A DNA stretch of 64,000 bases. Source: Octopus sinensis (Eukaryota). The stretch is from NCBI RefSeq assembly GCF_006345805.1, contig NC_043018.1:13702001-13766000 (forward strand), written 5' to 3'. A program made the position numbers and the translations under genes. Shown here piece after piece: positions 26,812-40,850 of this stretch. The notes below the pieces were generated by a model. That model was given only the letters and a program-made list of their open reading frames with translations. It had not been told where the DNA came from and made no database searches. Every line of letters begins with the position of its first letter. The stretch's first letter is position 1.

Positions 26812-27604
26812 GTATATGTTTGTGTGTGTTGTGCGTGTTTGGCAAGAATGTCATGTCTAAAATGGAATGTAGAATCTTGAAATCAATTTTTGGACAGTTA
26901 CCGAAATCTTTCCCACAGGTAGAGCAAAATCGACGTGTTCCGGTTCCGGAATGCCTACGACGTAGCATTGCAGTTGGAAAGAAATGCACCAGTCGCATTT
27001 CCAGGACAATTGCTTTCAATGATTGTTGCTATTCTGCACATTGCTGCGCATTTACCCATGCATTAATTCTTTCTGGTATCAGACGAATACCTGGAGTACC
27101 TGTTCATCGATTATTTTTCAAGTTCTTCCATGCCGAGATTAGTAGCTGAAATCACTAAGAGACAAAAGAAATAGAGAAGCCATTAATTGAAACATACGTA
27201 AAATGATGCTCTTTTAGGGAGTTCTATATTTGAAAAGATGACGATTTCATGATTTTCTGTGTGAGGATCATTTGATACATTTGTTTTGCAGTAAGCGATT
27301 ATGTTTATCCAGGAATGGTGTTAGATACCAGTGCAACATATATACACAATCTACATCGAAATGTTAAGGAAAGACTGATTTTAGTTATAGAAAACAGAGA
27401 AAATACTTTTGACTGTGAACATTTCAAATATAGCGTTCCGTCAAATGCGAATTGCTTGGGGCATAAATAAAAATCATAGAGTTATACAAGCCAGATATGC
27501 TTGAAGTAAGAACATTTCATTCACAGTAAACAAAATGGAGAATATTTACGGACAAATGCTTAGAATATATATATATATATATATATAACTCCTCCTACAT
27601 CGTT

Positions 27605-27644
<40 letters not shown>

Positions 27645-28124
27645 TATAATATATTATATATATATATATATATATATTATATATTAATATATATATATAT
27701 ATATATATTATTATATATATAATATACTACATATGTAGGATGTTCTATCTATGGGTGTGCTTGTGGAGTTATTAGCTAACTCCTCCTACATCGATTTATC
27801 GATTTTGATGACACTTAACATGTTAGTAGAACTCATGTCTGGAAACCTCATGACATACTCAGAATATTGAAAACATCGATAATAGGGCCCCTAGAAGGGA
27901 TCCTTTTTATATATCTAATTTATCCAGTACAACCCTTAGACAAATAAATATTATTTTCCTAAAAAATAGATCCACTCATTTTGGTTAGTGACTTATTCAC
28001 GAATATACCAACACTAGCGCCCCTGAGGGTAATATTCTCTGGGAACGAACAAAGATCCTTTTCAGAGTTATTTACTTTGAAATATTAATATCTCATATCA
28101 GATTAGCCCGTTTTTTTGGTAACA

Positions 28125-28274
28125 TATTCTTTGTAAGCCTAGTACTTATCCTATCGGTTGTTTTGCCGAACTGGTAAGTTACATGGACTTAAACACACCG
28201 GCATCGGTTTCAAGTGATAGCGGGGGGACAAACACAGATACAGAATCATATACATGCTTAAATATATATATATA

Positions 28275-28318
<44 letters not shown>

Positions 28319-28480
28319 GGGCGGCATCTTTCAGTTTCTGTCTACCAAATCTGCTCACAAGGCTTTGGTCGGCCCTAGTCAATAGTAGCAATCACCTGAC
28401 CAAGGTGCCACGCAGTGCGACTGAACCCGGAACCATTTGGTTGGTAAGAAAGCTACTTACTTCACAGCCACTCTTGCGCC
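28125..28480 (-). mobile_element. SINE family A copy (mirror of 11441-11875)
   Basis: Same insertion point upstream of the knottin exon in both arms. Confidence 0.8.
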
Positions 28481-28763
28481 TAAAAACAACAACCCCTCTC
28501 ATGTCTACATCTACTTATGAAATTCTGGATATATTTATATACTTTATCCTTAAAAAATTCGAGAAAATACACTAGGTGAGAGAAAGAACAAAAAATGACT
28601 TGTGGATTCCTGTTTCGGTGTGCATGTTGTGAGTTCAAGTCCGTCGATAAATTAAACACCAGTATCATCTAATCCCAGCTCTAAATATTCTTTGCTTTCT
28701 CCCTTGATGAGACACCTTAATTTAATAATATTTTCTATTTCCTATCATATTCTGTATTTACAG

Positions 28764-28974
28764 TGACAAGATTAAGAGAAATGTACGGACGTGTTTTGAA
28801 GATTACTGTGGCGCCACCATAAAACCATTAAACCATCCTTGCTGCTCAGCTAAGAAGCGTTGTAAATGCATACCTTTTAAGGGCTGCCGTTGTAGTTCTC
28901 AGAATATGATCCATGTGGCTAATAACGGTATACTCCAAACTGTGATAGTTTTTCTGATTTTTTTTTTAAATTAA
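28764..28974 (+). CDS. K3: terminal exon of an agatoxin-like 8-Cys knottin gene (absent from the ORF track)
   Basis: Acceptor TTCTGTATTTACAG ends at 28763. Reads DKIKR|NVRTCFEDYCGATIKPLNHPCCSAKKRCKCIPFKGCRCSSQNMIHVANNGILQTVIVFLIFFLN*, with TAA at 28972-28974. Confidence 0.8.
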
Positions 28975-29420
28975 CGTTCTGCACCTGTGAATCTTGTGGA
29001 TAAATGTCATACGTTCGATTGTTTTTATACAAGGGAAAATCGGTCGGTGAGATCACGAAGTCAGACAAAACAAAGGATCCAAATACACAGCAAAAATACA
29101 CTCGACTCCAAAAATATCAATAAGTGTTGTTGCTGTTAATGCTGCTGCTGCTACTTCGTCTCCTCCCCTCCTCCTCCTTCTCTTACTACTACCTTTTCAA
29201 TTTTGTAATTTATCCTGGAAAGAAATTCACGTATTTTGTGCCAAGAAATGAAATGGTAAAAATATGTAAACAATAACCAACAATCATGAGTTTTCTAACA
29301 ACCCTAATTTTGGACGACAATCGCATCAAATATCTCATTTATGCTATTAATCCGTGAAATTTTAATGAAAGTTCAATTAAATTAATTTATTAAATTATTA
29401 CAAATATTTAGTGCTTTGTT

Positions 29421-29545
29421 CTTCGCTGTCCTAGTTTTTATACGTCATTGAACGTAACAAACTCTTTGTGCTTCGTTCTTCGCTGTCCTATTTGTTTATA
29501 CGTCATTGAACGTAACAAATTCTATGTGCTTCGTTCTTCGCTGTG
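29421..29545. repeat. 58-bp minisatellite, about 2 units, downstream of K3
   Basis: Same unit as 943-1227. Confidence 0.85.
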
Positions 29546-30382
29546 GTGTTTTTTTTTAAAGCTTTGTATATGGATGGTAAGATTTTACATTGGAGTGTCA
29601 CACTATATTATTGTAAAAGCCAGAATATTCTGCAAGTTCTACATTATAACATTTAAGAAAGAAGAAACAGGAAACAGAGAGATAAAAGAGGAAAAGCAAG
29701 GAAACAAAAAAATACTGATATAAAACAGTAGAAGATGGAAGGGAGGGGCGATGGGCCTCGTACCCAAGAGCAAATGGTGTATTCCGCCGCGCCCGGGGCT
29801 CATTTATTCGATGGGCCACCTTCATTCCTATTTTGGTGATGAAATCAGTAGTGCGGGTTCCCAGAACACCCGAGGTCTCGACGGTGACATCTGATAGAGT
29901 CCAGTGAGGCCAATGTATATATTGAATTTTCTCTCTTCAGGTTTAATGACAATGACAGCCGGATATGCAGCCGTTGCAGCAAGGTTGGGTCCTAGCAAAA
30001 ATTATTCATTGATATTGTGGTTTTGTTCATAAGACAGTCGTGGTGAAGCTAACACCTGATGCTAAGTGATTTAGATATGATTACTTCCAGCTAAGTTTTG
30101 ATCGATATGATGTGTATAAGTTCCTACTGTCCAAACTGTCATTTCATTCTTAAGAAGGTTGCACTTGATTTGACGATGATTTTTCAGTAATTCCTTGCAA
30201 GACAAGCGACCACGAAGTTTTCCCAAATGCTTTTTGACAGAAGTTGCAAAATTGAAATAAAAATTGTCAAATAACTATATACATATATATATACTTTATT
30301 TAAAGCAGCAGAAAAATTCAACAAAACTGTTAGTCTGAGTTTCACGTTCGCGTCGTCGGACAGTTTTTCGAGAGAAGATATG

Positions 30383-30630
30383 AGGTACTCAGAAGTTCGG
30401 ATGGTTTTATATCTACAGGATTTATTGTATATTACATTTTTTTATACATATATATTAGCACTTTCGTCCATTCTAATGGAGTTGTCAAATTGAACTATTC
30501 AATTTGACCAACTCAACTAGAATGGGCGAAACGAAAGTGCTAATGTATGAATATGATATATGATGTATAAAAACATGTAGTATACAAATAAAAATCTTAA
30601 ATATAAAACCATCCAATTTTCTGAGTACCT
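30383..30630. mobile_element. Imperfect foldback/MITE-like element
   Basis: Ends AGGTACTCAGAA.../...TTCTGAGTACCT; centre GTTGTCAAATTGAA-CTA-TTCAATTTGACCAAC. Confidence 0.6.
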
Positions 30631-32659
30631 GTAGATCATATATGTATGTATATATCTTAAATTCGTTTACGATAACATCAGGTATATGCAAATAGAGCTC
30701 CTATTTCACTATTCCGTGTAACGTGTAATGATACTGACCAGTGTGTCAGTTTTCGGGGTCGCATCATGGTTATACAGATATAATGTAGGATAAATATGAT
30801 AATAACAATCATTTTAGGATGGAATTTAGTAATATTTGCTACATCGCTACGCGTGTTTCCAGAACTCACATGATTTGACATCATGCAACAGCACTTGCAA
30901 CAGCCTGCCTACTTTTCTGATTTCTGAAGAAGGATGATACGAGTACATATGATACCACCTGAAAAGAGAAACGTCAAACTAGAGACAAGTAGCCACAGAT
31001 GAAAATGTATGGCTTTTCTGCACTCTATGATTTAGTTTCCGACACTATGTTTGCTATATCATAAATCAAATAAAAGTCTGGTATGGAATATGGTGTTAGA
31101 AAAGCTTAAGACTTCCAGTAAGATAGATAAACAAAGTAGTCTAACTTGGACTACAACAGTTGTATGACTCGGGGTTTTCAGGTTATTTTGAAATATAGGA
31201 AGAGGATAAACATGAAGTTATCGTCACGTATATCCATTGCAAGCATTATGGAATTATACTAAAATTAAGCTGTAATGGACGATTCAGTAAGATTTCCGTT
31301 TGTTCCCACCCCACCAGTATTTATGGCAAAAGTGTGGGATTGTGAAGCTGATATTTGAACAACATGTACACGTGTGCCAATTCCTATTCTTTTTCACCTA
31401 TCTCGTAGTCTTCTTTTCTGTCTCTATCTATACATATTCTCATATGCATATATGTAAAAGACATACCTACTGGCATACAGACGCTTACACACACAGACAC
31501 ACACGTGTGTGTGTGTGTGTGTGGGATTCATATTTGGTCACAAGGCCGGAAGGTTGGGTGATTGAGTAAATCGATTATATCAACGGCCGTACTCAAATGG
31601 TAATTATTTTATCAACCCCAGAGTGATGAAAGGTATGTCGACCTGGGCAGTGTTTGAACTCTGAACATAAAGCGGATGATGTCCGTTAAGCAGCCGACCG
31701 GTGTGCAAAATGTTCCGCTAGATCACTCTTTACAGTTATATAAATAGTGTATACAAACACAGTAACGTACAGATAGGCAGACTCTCATTCACACACACAC
31801 AAGCTCACCCCTCACACTCTAATGATATTAAGGGAAACAAAGAATTTGAACATTCAGACTTTCTGTTTGGTTTTATTGATAGTAATTGTCTGACACGTAT
31901 TTCGATCGTATCAACTGCAAATTTCTTCATATTTATATGCAGGGATTTATGCATAATTTATACGATCTCTTCAGCCATTGTTCAAGGAGCAATTCTCCCC
32001 GTTATTAGTTTAGAAAATAGGGAAGGAGAAATGTAATTTTTGCCTCGAAGAATTATATCAAAAATTTACTTTAAAAAATGAATTAGTTAACACTAGACAG
32101 GAAAGAAGTTTTAATTGCTTGCACAAACAACGTTTTATTTTTAAAATATACAAATAATAGAAGGCAAGAAACATGTAATTCTAGCCATTCAACTCTTTAA
32201 AACAATAACAGTAATTAAATTGAGTAAATTTACAATTACATATTTACAATTAAATATTTCATTTTATTATCCGCATGGTGTCTACTGACCTGTAATCACC
32301 CACTACTATTTCCATCACAATTTAAATAGAACAACCAACCCAAAGATCTATTTAAAATACCATATGACTATAAGGACTGTAGAATAATTCAAAAGAATAA
32401 CATGATTTACTACTGCCATTACCAAGTCTGACTGAAACAAATAACGGGAAGAATTACTCCTGGAAAAATGTCATATTTATTCACACTGAAGAGATCGTAA
32501 AAATTAGGCATAAATCCCTGCATATAAATATGCAGCAATTTGCCATTGATGCGACATAAATACGACATAAAGGACAATTATTATGAATAATCCAAGCAGA
32601 AAGTCTTCGTTTTCCTTATTACCAGTATTGTAAGACCAAGAAGCCAGGAAATAAACCGT

Positions 32660-32678
32660 AATAATAATAATAACAATG

Positions 32679-32735
<57 letters not shown>

Positions 32736-32823
32736 TTAACAATAAAATAATGATAATAACAATAATAACAACAACAACAACAACAACCACAACAACAACA
32801 ACAACAACAATAATAATAACAAC

Positions 32824-32873
<50 letters not shown>

Positions 32874-32880
32874 TAATAAG
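32660..32880. repeat. (AAT)n/(AAC)n microsatellite at the end of the direct duplication
   Basis: Direct inspection. Confidence 0.95.
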
Positions 32881-33326
32881 TACTGTGGTCGATCAATCCG
32901 AGTACAAATTCCTCGATGCAGTGCCCCAGAATGGCTGCTGTCTAATGATTGAAACAAGGAAATTATAGAAAGAAATATGGCACAAAACATGATTGTCGTA
33001 GGTAAAATGATGATGGCTATAGTCACCTTGATTCCAGATGATATACTTCTGAAGGACAACAGGTCTTGTAGTCGAATAATCTATACTCAACGATGGCCAC
33101 TGTGTTGCGTAGTTGACAGATACACGAGAAAAACATAAACAAGATTATTCATTAAAGTGTCTTTATAATTACTAATTAACACAGATACGCTGACAATTAA
33201 AAAAGGATGGTCTCATTAACTAATAAGTAATTAATCATCTGGCTCACTACATGCAGTCGTAACACTTAAAGGAAGTTGGGAACGGTTGACAGACAGACAG
33301 AGAGTTATTCCCCCACTGCACACCCA

Positions 33327-33450
33327 TATATAAATATGCATATATTTGCTTCTTTGTCGTTGTGTTTCCTTTCAACACCGTTTGACAGCTGGCGTCAGTT
33401 TGTGGAGTTTCCTTGGTTTGCGGTTCAGCGAAACACTCAACAGAGTAAGT
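33327..33450 (+). promoter_or_regulatory. Candidate TATA box and non-coding first exon of K4
   Basis: TATATAAA at 33327-33334, an Inr-like TCAGTT near 33396, and donor AGA|GTAAGT at 33445. K4's ATG exon has an upstream acceptor, so a 5' UTR exon is expected. Confidence 0.35.
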
Positions 33451-33659
33451 AACAGCTTTAAAACACATATTAGTTTCAAATTTTGGCACAAGGGCAGCAA
33501 CTACGCGGGGAGGGGTTAGGTCGATTCATCTACTCAACTGGGACTTTACTTTATCGGACCCGAAAGAACGAATGTTAAAGTCGACATCGGAGGAATTTGA
33601 ACTCGCATTTTGTTGGGTGCTCTAACGATTCTACAAGCACGTCACCTTTACTGTTGTTG

Positions 33660-33930
33660 AAATATTCTTTTCTATTCTAGACACAAAGGCCGACATGTTT
33701 TTGGTGGAGGGGGCCAGTTGGTTAGATCGACTCCAGTAAGCAACTGGTGCTTAATTTATCGACCCCCGAAAGGCTAAGTCGACCTCGGTGAAATTTGAAA
33801 TCAGAACGTTAAGACAGATGAAATACCTATTTACTATCTACAAGGGGCTTAACACAGAGAGGACAATCAAGGACAGATAAACGGATTAAGTCGATTACAT
33901 CGACCCAGTGCATAACTGGTACTTATTTAA
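33660..33930 (-). mobile_element. SINE-like family B copy
   Basis: Reverse complement of the family B consensus. Confidence 0.7.
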
Positions 33931-34195
33931 TCCACCCAAGGAAAAACTAAGCTGAGAGCATTAGATTCCTTGGAAGAAAGCATCGAATGTATAAGAAAAC
34001 AAGGACGGAAAAACAGGTGATGTTACACGAATATAAATACAAAATTCAATAATAATAATAATACAAGGACATAACAGGTGTCTTTGGGGCTGGCCAGATT
34101 GGAGCAATACATACATACATACGTACATATGCATACATATATATATCCTATATATATATATATATATATATATAAATATATAATATATATGTATA

Positions 34196-34228
<33 letters not shown>

Positions 34229-34648
34229 TCTATCATATTATATATATATATATACTATTATATATCATATATATAATATATATATATATCATATGTATAG
34301 TATGTATGTATATGTAGCGACGTACGTACACTTTATGTCTTATATGTAAGTACACATTTTACTAAATTTTGTACGACTTTTTCAAGCATCTTTTCGTTCG
34401 AAACACATTTCTTCTTTATAGGAAAGACTCAATTTTGATTATCTAAAGAGTAATATGTCGTTCATATATATTTCATTGCCACTTATTGGACGCAGCCAAG
34501 CAGAACAGTAAAATATTAACACTTAAATTTTCGCTCCATTTTTTCATCGTTGTGGTTATGCGAACTCTAGCAACGCAGAAAATACATCCTACATATGCAT
34601 CCATCAATATCTCTGATTGCATCACTTTGTATATTAACAGGTTACGTG

Positions 34649-34721
34649 ATGAAAACACTCCTTGTTGTTCTCTGCTTTTGGTACTGTGTGCTAGTTTCGA
34701 ACGTCTTAACGTTTAAGTTAG
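34649..34721 (+). CDS. K4 coding exon 1: signal peptide
   Basis: Acceptor TTTGTATATTAACAG ends at 34640 and ATG is at 34649. Reads MKTLLVVLCFWYCVLVSNVLTFKL, then a phase-1 donor TTAG|GTAAGT. Confidence 0.8.
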
Positions 34722-35195
34722 GTAAGTACTACATGAACCCTGTGATCTGAGAAGGGGTACTGGCAGGAGAAGACGGAGAGTAATATAATGGAATTGTTTT
34801 CATTTTCTGTGCTTACTTTTCAGTCAAATGACGGGCAAAGACCAGTGCCCATATCATATTCGTTTAATTTTTCACTTTTATTCTTGTTTTCATAATTATT
34901 AAATGAAGGCGACGATCTGGCAGAATCGTTAGGGACTTTGGAAACAGATTTTTTCTATTTGTTCAGATTCTTCACACGTACACACATCGGAGCAAATAGG
35001 TCGAAAAGAAACAGCGCTAGAGTAAAATATGATGTTCTACTGAAGGTCACTATTTTCAGTTACAAAGGAATCGCTATAATAATTTTTGCGAAATATTTCT
35101 GTCTGTAACAGAAAATCAGGTTCTCTTTACAATTCTCCTTTTCTTTCGCACTCTTCTGCCTGCCTGTCTTTCTGTCTGTCTGTGTTTCTCAACAG

Positions 35196-35255
35196 GATAT
35201 TTAAAGCCATTAAGCTACAACTTTCGAAAACATCAAATTTCATTTTTTAAAATAG
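35196..35255 (+). CDS. K4 coding exon 2 (60 nt, symmetric phase 1-1, propeptide)
   Basis: TGTGTTTCTCAACAG|...ATAG|GTAAGT. Open frame (G)YLKPLSYNFRKHQISFFKI. Confidence 0.6.
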
Positions 35256-35427
35256 GTAAGTTGATTACAGATTGGAAAACTAATGATGAAGCTCCGTTTT
35301 TTGAAAAACTTTCTCTAAAGAAAGCTTACGAATTGATAAGCGTTTGTCTCTTTTGAATTGTAATGAGTTACTTGCTTCACAATAAGAAATGGTATCTATC
35401 AATCTCTTTCAATGAATGAATGGATCC

Positions 35428-35808
<381 letters not shown>

Positions 35809-36064
35809 GTCTGTTTAACTATAAGTCTTTCACTCTTTTACCTCGATGTCTCACCAATACACTTGTAACCTAAAACACTTACAGCCACTGAATACCCCAG
35901 TTTTCGGCGTCTAATCCTTCTAGAATACAGTTGGCGGATTAATTCTTTTCCCAGCGCCTTTTACAATTCATTGATGGTTAGTTTCCTTCTATGAAAGTCA
36001 AGAAAGTGACGCAACGGCAAAATTCCATTTCTGTCCTTATCTCGATTGCTTACCCAAGACACTA

Positions 36065-36410
36065 TCCCCACTTACCAACCACATGGTTCCGGGTTCATTC
36101 CTACTGCGTGGCACCTTGGGCAATGTGCTTCTACTATAGCCCCGGGCCGACCAAATCCTTGTGAGTGGATTTGGTAGATGGAAGCCCTTCGAATATATGT
36201 ATATATATATGTGTGTGTATATGTTTGTATGTCTTTGTCCGCCAACATCGCTTGACAACCGATGCTGGTGTGTTTACGTCCCCATCACTTAGCGGTTCAG
36301 CAAAAGAGACCGATAGAATAAGTACTAGGCTTCCAAAGAATAAGTCGATTTGCTAGACTAAAGGCGGTGCTCCAGCATGGCCACAGTCAAATGACTGAAA
36401 GAGAGTAAAA
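36065..36410 (+). mobile_element. SINE family A copy in a K4 intron
   Basis: Matches the family A consensus. Confidence 0.75.
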
Positions 36411-36493
36411 GAGAGAATACTATACATTTGAATATTTTGGAACATTCTGCTGGTAAACCAAAATCTAATCTTGAAGCTTCTCTTATATATCAG

Positions 36494-36551
36494 TGCATGA
36501 TGAAGCAGCTGCCCACATTGATCTGGAACCAGTCGATGGTTTGATAAAAAG
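36494..36551 (+). CDS. K4 coding exon 3 (58 nt, phase 1 to phase 2, acidic propeptide)
   Basis: CTTCTCTTATATATCAG|...AAAAAG|GTAAGA. Reads (V)HDEAAAHIDLEPVDGLIK, and AG|A forms the R of a KR site. Confidence 0.8.
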
Positions 36552-38314
36552 GTAAGAATTTTATAACAATGATTATAACTTTTATCGACTATCATGGTCG
36601 ATAAAATCCAACCTAGCACATTGTTCATTTGTGTACATTCAGGTGAGGTCTGAGACCAAAATCAGTGCATAATGGCGGCCGTATCCTGGACACACATTGA
36701 AACACACACCTGTATTATTTCTAGCCTTCATTCCCACGCGCTTTTCTCTTTCGCCGACTCATCTTTCATTTACGTAAGCTGCCTCAATTCGGATTTGTTT
36801 GTGGCCACAAGTTCCCTAATCAAGTCTCGTGACTAGACACCCTGATGGATGAAAAACAACACTCAGCTAAGGGCTTCGGTTCATGAGAGCCATCAATGGC
36901 CAACCAGCTATGGGAGTGGACAATCATAACTACGACAGTTGTATTTATGGTATTAGAGCTGTTGGCGAAATATTTATTCGTAGGCTGATGATAAGTTTGT
37001 CGGTGTATCTGCACTAAATGGTCCTTATTCTTTTAAAATAGCATTCAATAAAGCTATGGTACTGTGAACATATCGATTAGTCTCTTTTTTTAACAGTACC
37101 CTAAACGTAATAGTCCATGAGATTTTTAATCTGGAGAGTCTGATGATCATAACTTCGGTTTTACATGATTGTATGGATTGTCTGACATCTGTTGCTGGAT
37201 TCTTGGCTTCTTTGTGTTGGTGCTGTGTCTTGTTGATACTCGTTTGACATCCCAACGCACAGTACATCCATCTGGGCTTAATAACTGTCTGCAGTATTTC
37301 AACACATCCAACAGCATAAATTATAAGACCTTGTAGAAAAACGCCGTGTGGCATGGTATATCCTCTGTTACTCACTAATCTCAAATCCGTCTTAGTCGCT
37401 ACAGTTTTAGTGTGCAACACTCCAGGGACATCAGAAGAATTTGTGCATAACCGCCTGTCATTTCATTCGTCAGACTTTTGGTTTCGATCGAAGATTTTCT
37501 CCTCAAAGAAGAACCAAAGCATACCATATTCGAATGGATTAACACTAATTTACCACTTGACAAGAACCAGACGGTTCATGAATTGGCTTCTTCTCAATAC
37601 GTACAATTTGTATCGCGTGTCCTCCTTCATTACAGATTTGATAGTCCGCTTCTATAACTGAAAGTCTTTGGTAATATCCCTCAACGATAATCCGGGATAA
37701 TGTTTGAAGCCCTGTAGATAATTTGTGTTGTCCAGTTAGTGTTTGAAGGATTAGAAAATGTTCTCTTTGATACTCTTTGAAACATTCCCACCAGAGTTTC
37801 CAGTTTCAATTCCATTTGAATTTCTTGTACGAAAAATCCTGTAATATTTAGAAATAAGCAGCATTGCAATAATTAAAAACAGACGAGAATACGCATACAT
37901 ATACAAGCACACGCACAAACACACGCACACACATACACACACACATACACAAACACACACATGCACACACACATACACACACACATGCACACCCACACGT
38001 ATCTACATGAATAATGCGACCAAATGGGAAACTCACTTGGGTATTATCAGATATATTGTCCTTCACAGAATATCACCTTGTGTTTTGAATTCAAATAATG
38101 CCAGAGGCTAAATTTCATTATCATCTTATTGGAGATGAGATGCATGGAACCAAAGGTGTTCAGCGATGGGTTCTCTGTGTTTTTCTCATTCCTCGGGTAG
38201 CGATGAATTGCTCCGTGTCTACAAATACAGGAGTAACGGTACATGCCGATGGCACCGCGAGACGAGGCTAATGTAATGATACTCTTGAGTGTGTGTGTGT
38301 GTGTGTGGTGTTGC

Positions 38315-38377
<63 letters not shown>

Positions 38378-38635
38378 TATGCTGTATATATATATGCTGT
38401 CAGATGCAGCACGGATTTTGTCAGTGAACAGGTCGCGGTCTTAAAGCGACGAAAATATTTTGACAAATTAAACTTAAATGTTGAAGTGAATCGAACGGCT
38501 TTTGTGTGTTTCTTAAATGGCTTACAAACACCTTCCACGCTGCCATTGTTTTCGTTCCAGCACACGATCTCAGATCAAATCACTTGCTATGCAAGTACAT
38601 CTCCGTAATATATATATATGTATATATATATATAT

Positions 38636-38681
<46 letters not shown>

Positions 38682-38701
38682 GTATATATCATATCGAGAT
38701 C

Positions 38702-38763
<62 letters not shown>

Positions 38764-39073
38764 ATATCTATATATATATATATATATATCTATATACATA
38801 TATCTATATATGTATGTGTATGTATATAATTATATATATACAGGCACACACACACATTCAAGAGCATCGTCTCGCGTGCCATCGGCATGTTCGTTATATG
38901 TTATATATATATATTATGTATTACATATATATTACAGTCTGCATACAAACATTCGTGTTCTGAGGAATTACATACGTAAATATACACATGTGTATGTTTT
39001 TATATAAACACGTTCTCACATTTCTCTCTGTCTTCTGTGTATAACATTATATATAAATGGATAGACATGTATA

Positions 39074-39106
<33 letters not shown>

Positions 39107-39118
39107 GATATATATATA

Positions 39119-39161
<43 letters not shown>

Positions 39162-39256
39162 ATATATAGTATATATATATATTATATATATATATATATA
39201 GTACGTTTATCTATTTGTTGTGCAAGATTTTTTATGTGATTCGTGTGTTGAAACAG

Positions 39257-39714
<458 letters not shown>

Positions 39715-40144
39715 CTATATATATATATATATGTATGCATATGTGGCGGTGTGGTACGATGCTTGCTCCCGAGGTACACTGTTTCGAGTTGGTACACAAG
39801 TTGCTTTGCGTGAATTACTATTTTTGATGTTGTCATTACTCATATGGTTCAATAATGCAAATATCTGGGTGGTATGCTGTGTAAAGGGTACTCACCAATG
39901 AGCACAGTATGCTTAAATCCTACCATCTGGTAACTGCGGTACCCATCCCAGATGAATCTAGCCTGTTACGATTCATGTTTGTGATTTTAAAAGCACCATA
40001 AATCTACGAGTAGGCTTCTTAGTGTGAATGCCTTCAAATGATACATCCACGTTTATATAAAGATATAGTGTCTCATAATATTGATACTGCTTCTGTCGGT
40101 AGCTTTTGTATTTATAAGTCTGTTCATATTTTCTGTATTTACAG

Positions 40145-40328
40145 AGAGGCTAAAGGAGATGACGTTAAATGTGCAATATATAAATGGTCGTGCACTATCA
40201 AAACAACTACAGTAGATCTTACTTGCTGTGAAGGTATGGAGTGTAGATGTAACCGGTTCTGGAAATCGAACTGCCGCTGTTATGAATTGACATATGAGGA
40301 TATGGGAATCAATCCTCCATCTGGCTGA
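40145..40328 (+). CDS. K4 terminal exon: agatoxin-like knottin mature peptide with C-terminal Gly
   Basis: Acceptor TTTTCTGTATTTACAG ends at 40144. Reads EAKGDDVKCAIYKWSCTIKTTTVDLTCCEGMECRCNRFWKSNCRCYELTYEDMGINPPSG*. The exons total 73+60+58+184=375 nt, i.e. 124 aa plus stop. Confidence 0.88.
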
Positions 40329-40430
40329 TTCCGTTCCACACAAGATGCCATTACTCCTCTGACTATCTTATTGTATTGTTGTTCAGTTTACACTTCAATG
40401 ATTGCTTTGTTCATACGTGAGTATATATTC

Positions 40431-40436
40431 AATAAA
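40431..40436 (+). promoter_or_regulatory. Poly(A) signal of K4
   Basis: AATAAA about 100 nt after the stop codon. Confidence 0.55.
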
Positions 40437-40459
40437 AGTGGAGTATCGCAAATCGTTTA

Positions 40460-40830
40460 CTCTTTTACTCTTCACTCTTTTACTTGTTTCAGTCATTTGA
40501 CTGCGGCCATGCTGGAGCACCGCCAGTACTTATTCTATCGATCTCTTTTGCCGAACCGCTAAGTGACGGGGACGTAAACACATCAGCATCGGTTGTCAAG
40601 CAATGCTAGGGGGACAAACACAGACACAAACACATACACACACACACATATATATATACATATATACGACGGGCTTCTTTCAGTTTCCGTCTACCAAATC
40701 CACTCACAAGGCATTGGTCGGCCCGAGGCTGTAGCAGAAGACACTTGCCCAAGATGCCACACAGTGGGACTGAACCCGGAAACATGTGGTTGGTTAGCAA
40801 GCTACTTACCACACAGCCACTCCTGCGCCT
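40460..40830 (-). mobile_element. SINE family A copy
   Basis: Reverse complement of the family A consensus. Confidence 0.8.
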
Positions 40831-40850
40831 ATAGTCGTAATGATGATTGA

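Larger units (their letters stand above)
24450..30290 (+). repeat. Right arm of the large inverted duplication, carrying K3
   Basis: Reverse complement of 9385-15850 with local indels (e.g. ~24731-25172 is absent from the left arm). Confidence 0.9.

Noticed and set aside
26712-27149. 145-aa ORF with C..C..CC..CC in the K3 intron (mirror at ~13000-13300)
   Set aside because: The N-terminus is (GT)n-derived, it lacks the knottin spacing and family acceptor, and I recognised no family. Its presence in both arms is explained by the duplication.
30321-30370. Hammerhead-like hairpin on the minus strand (AAAACTGT CCGACGA...GAAAC...ACAGTTTT)
   Set aside because: The core reads CCGACGA instead of CTGANGA and stem III does not pair, so at best it is a dead relic.
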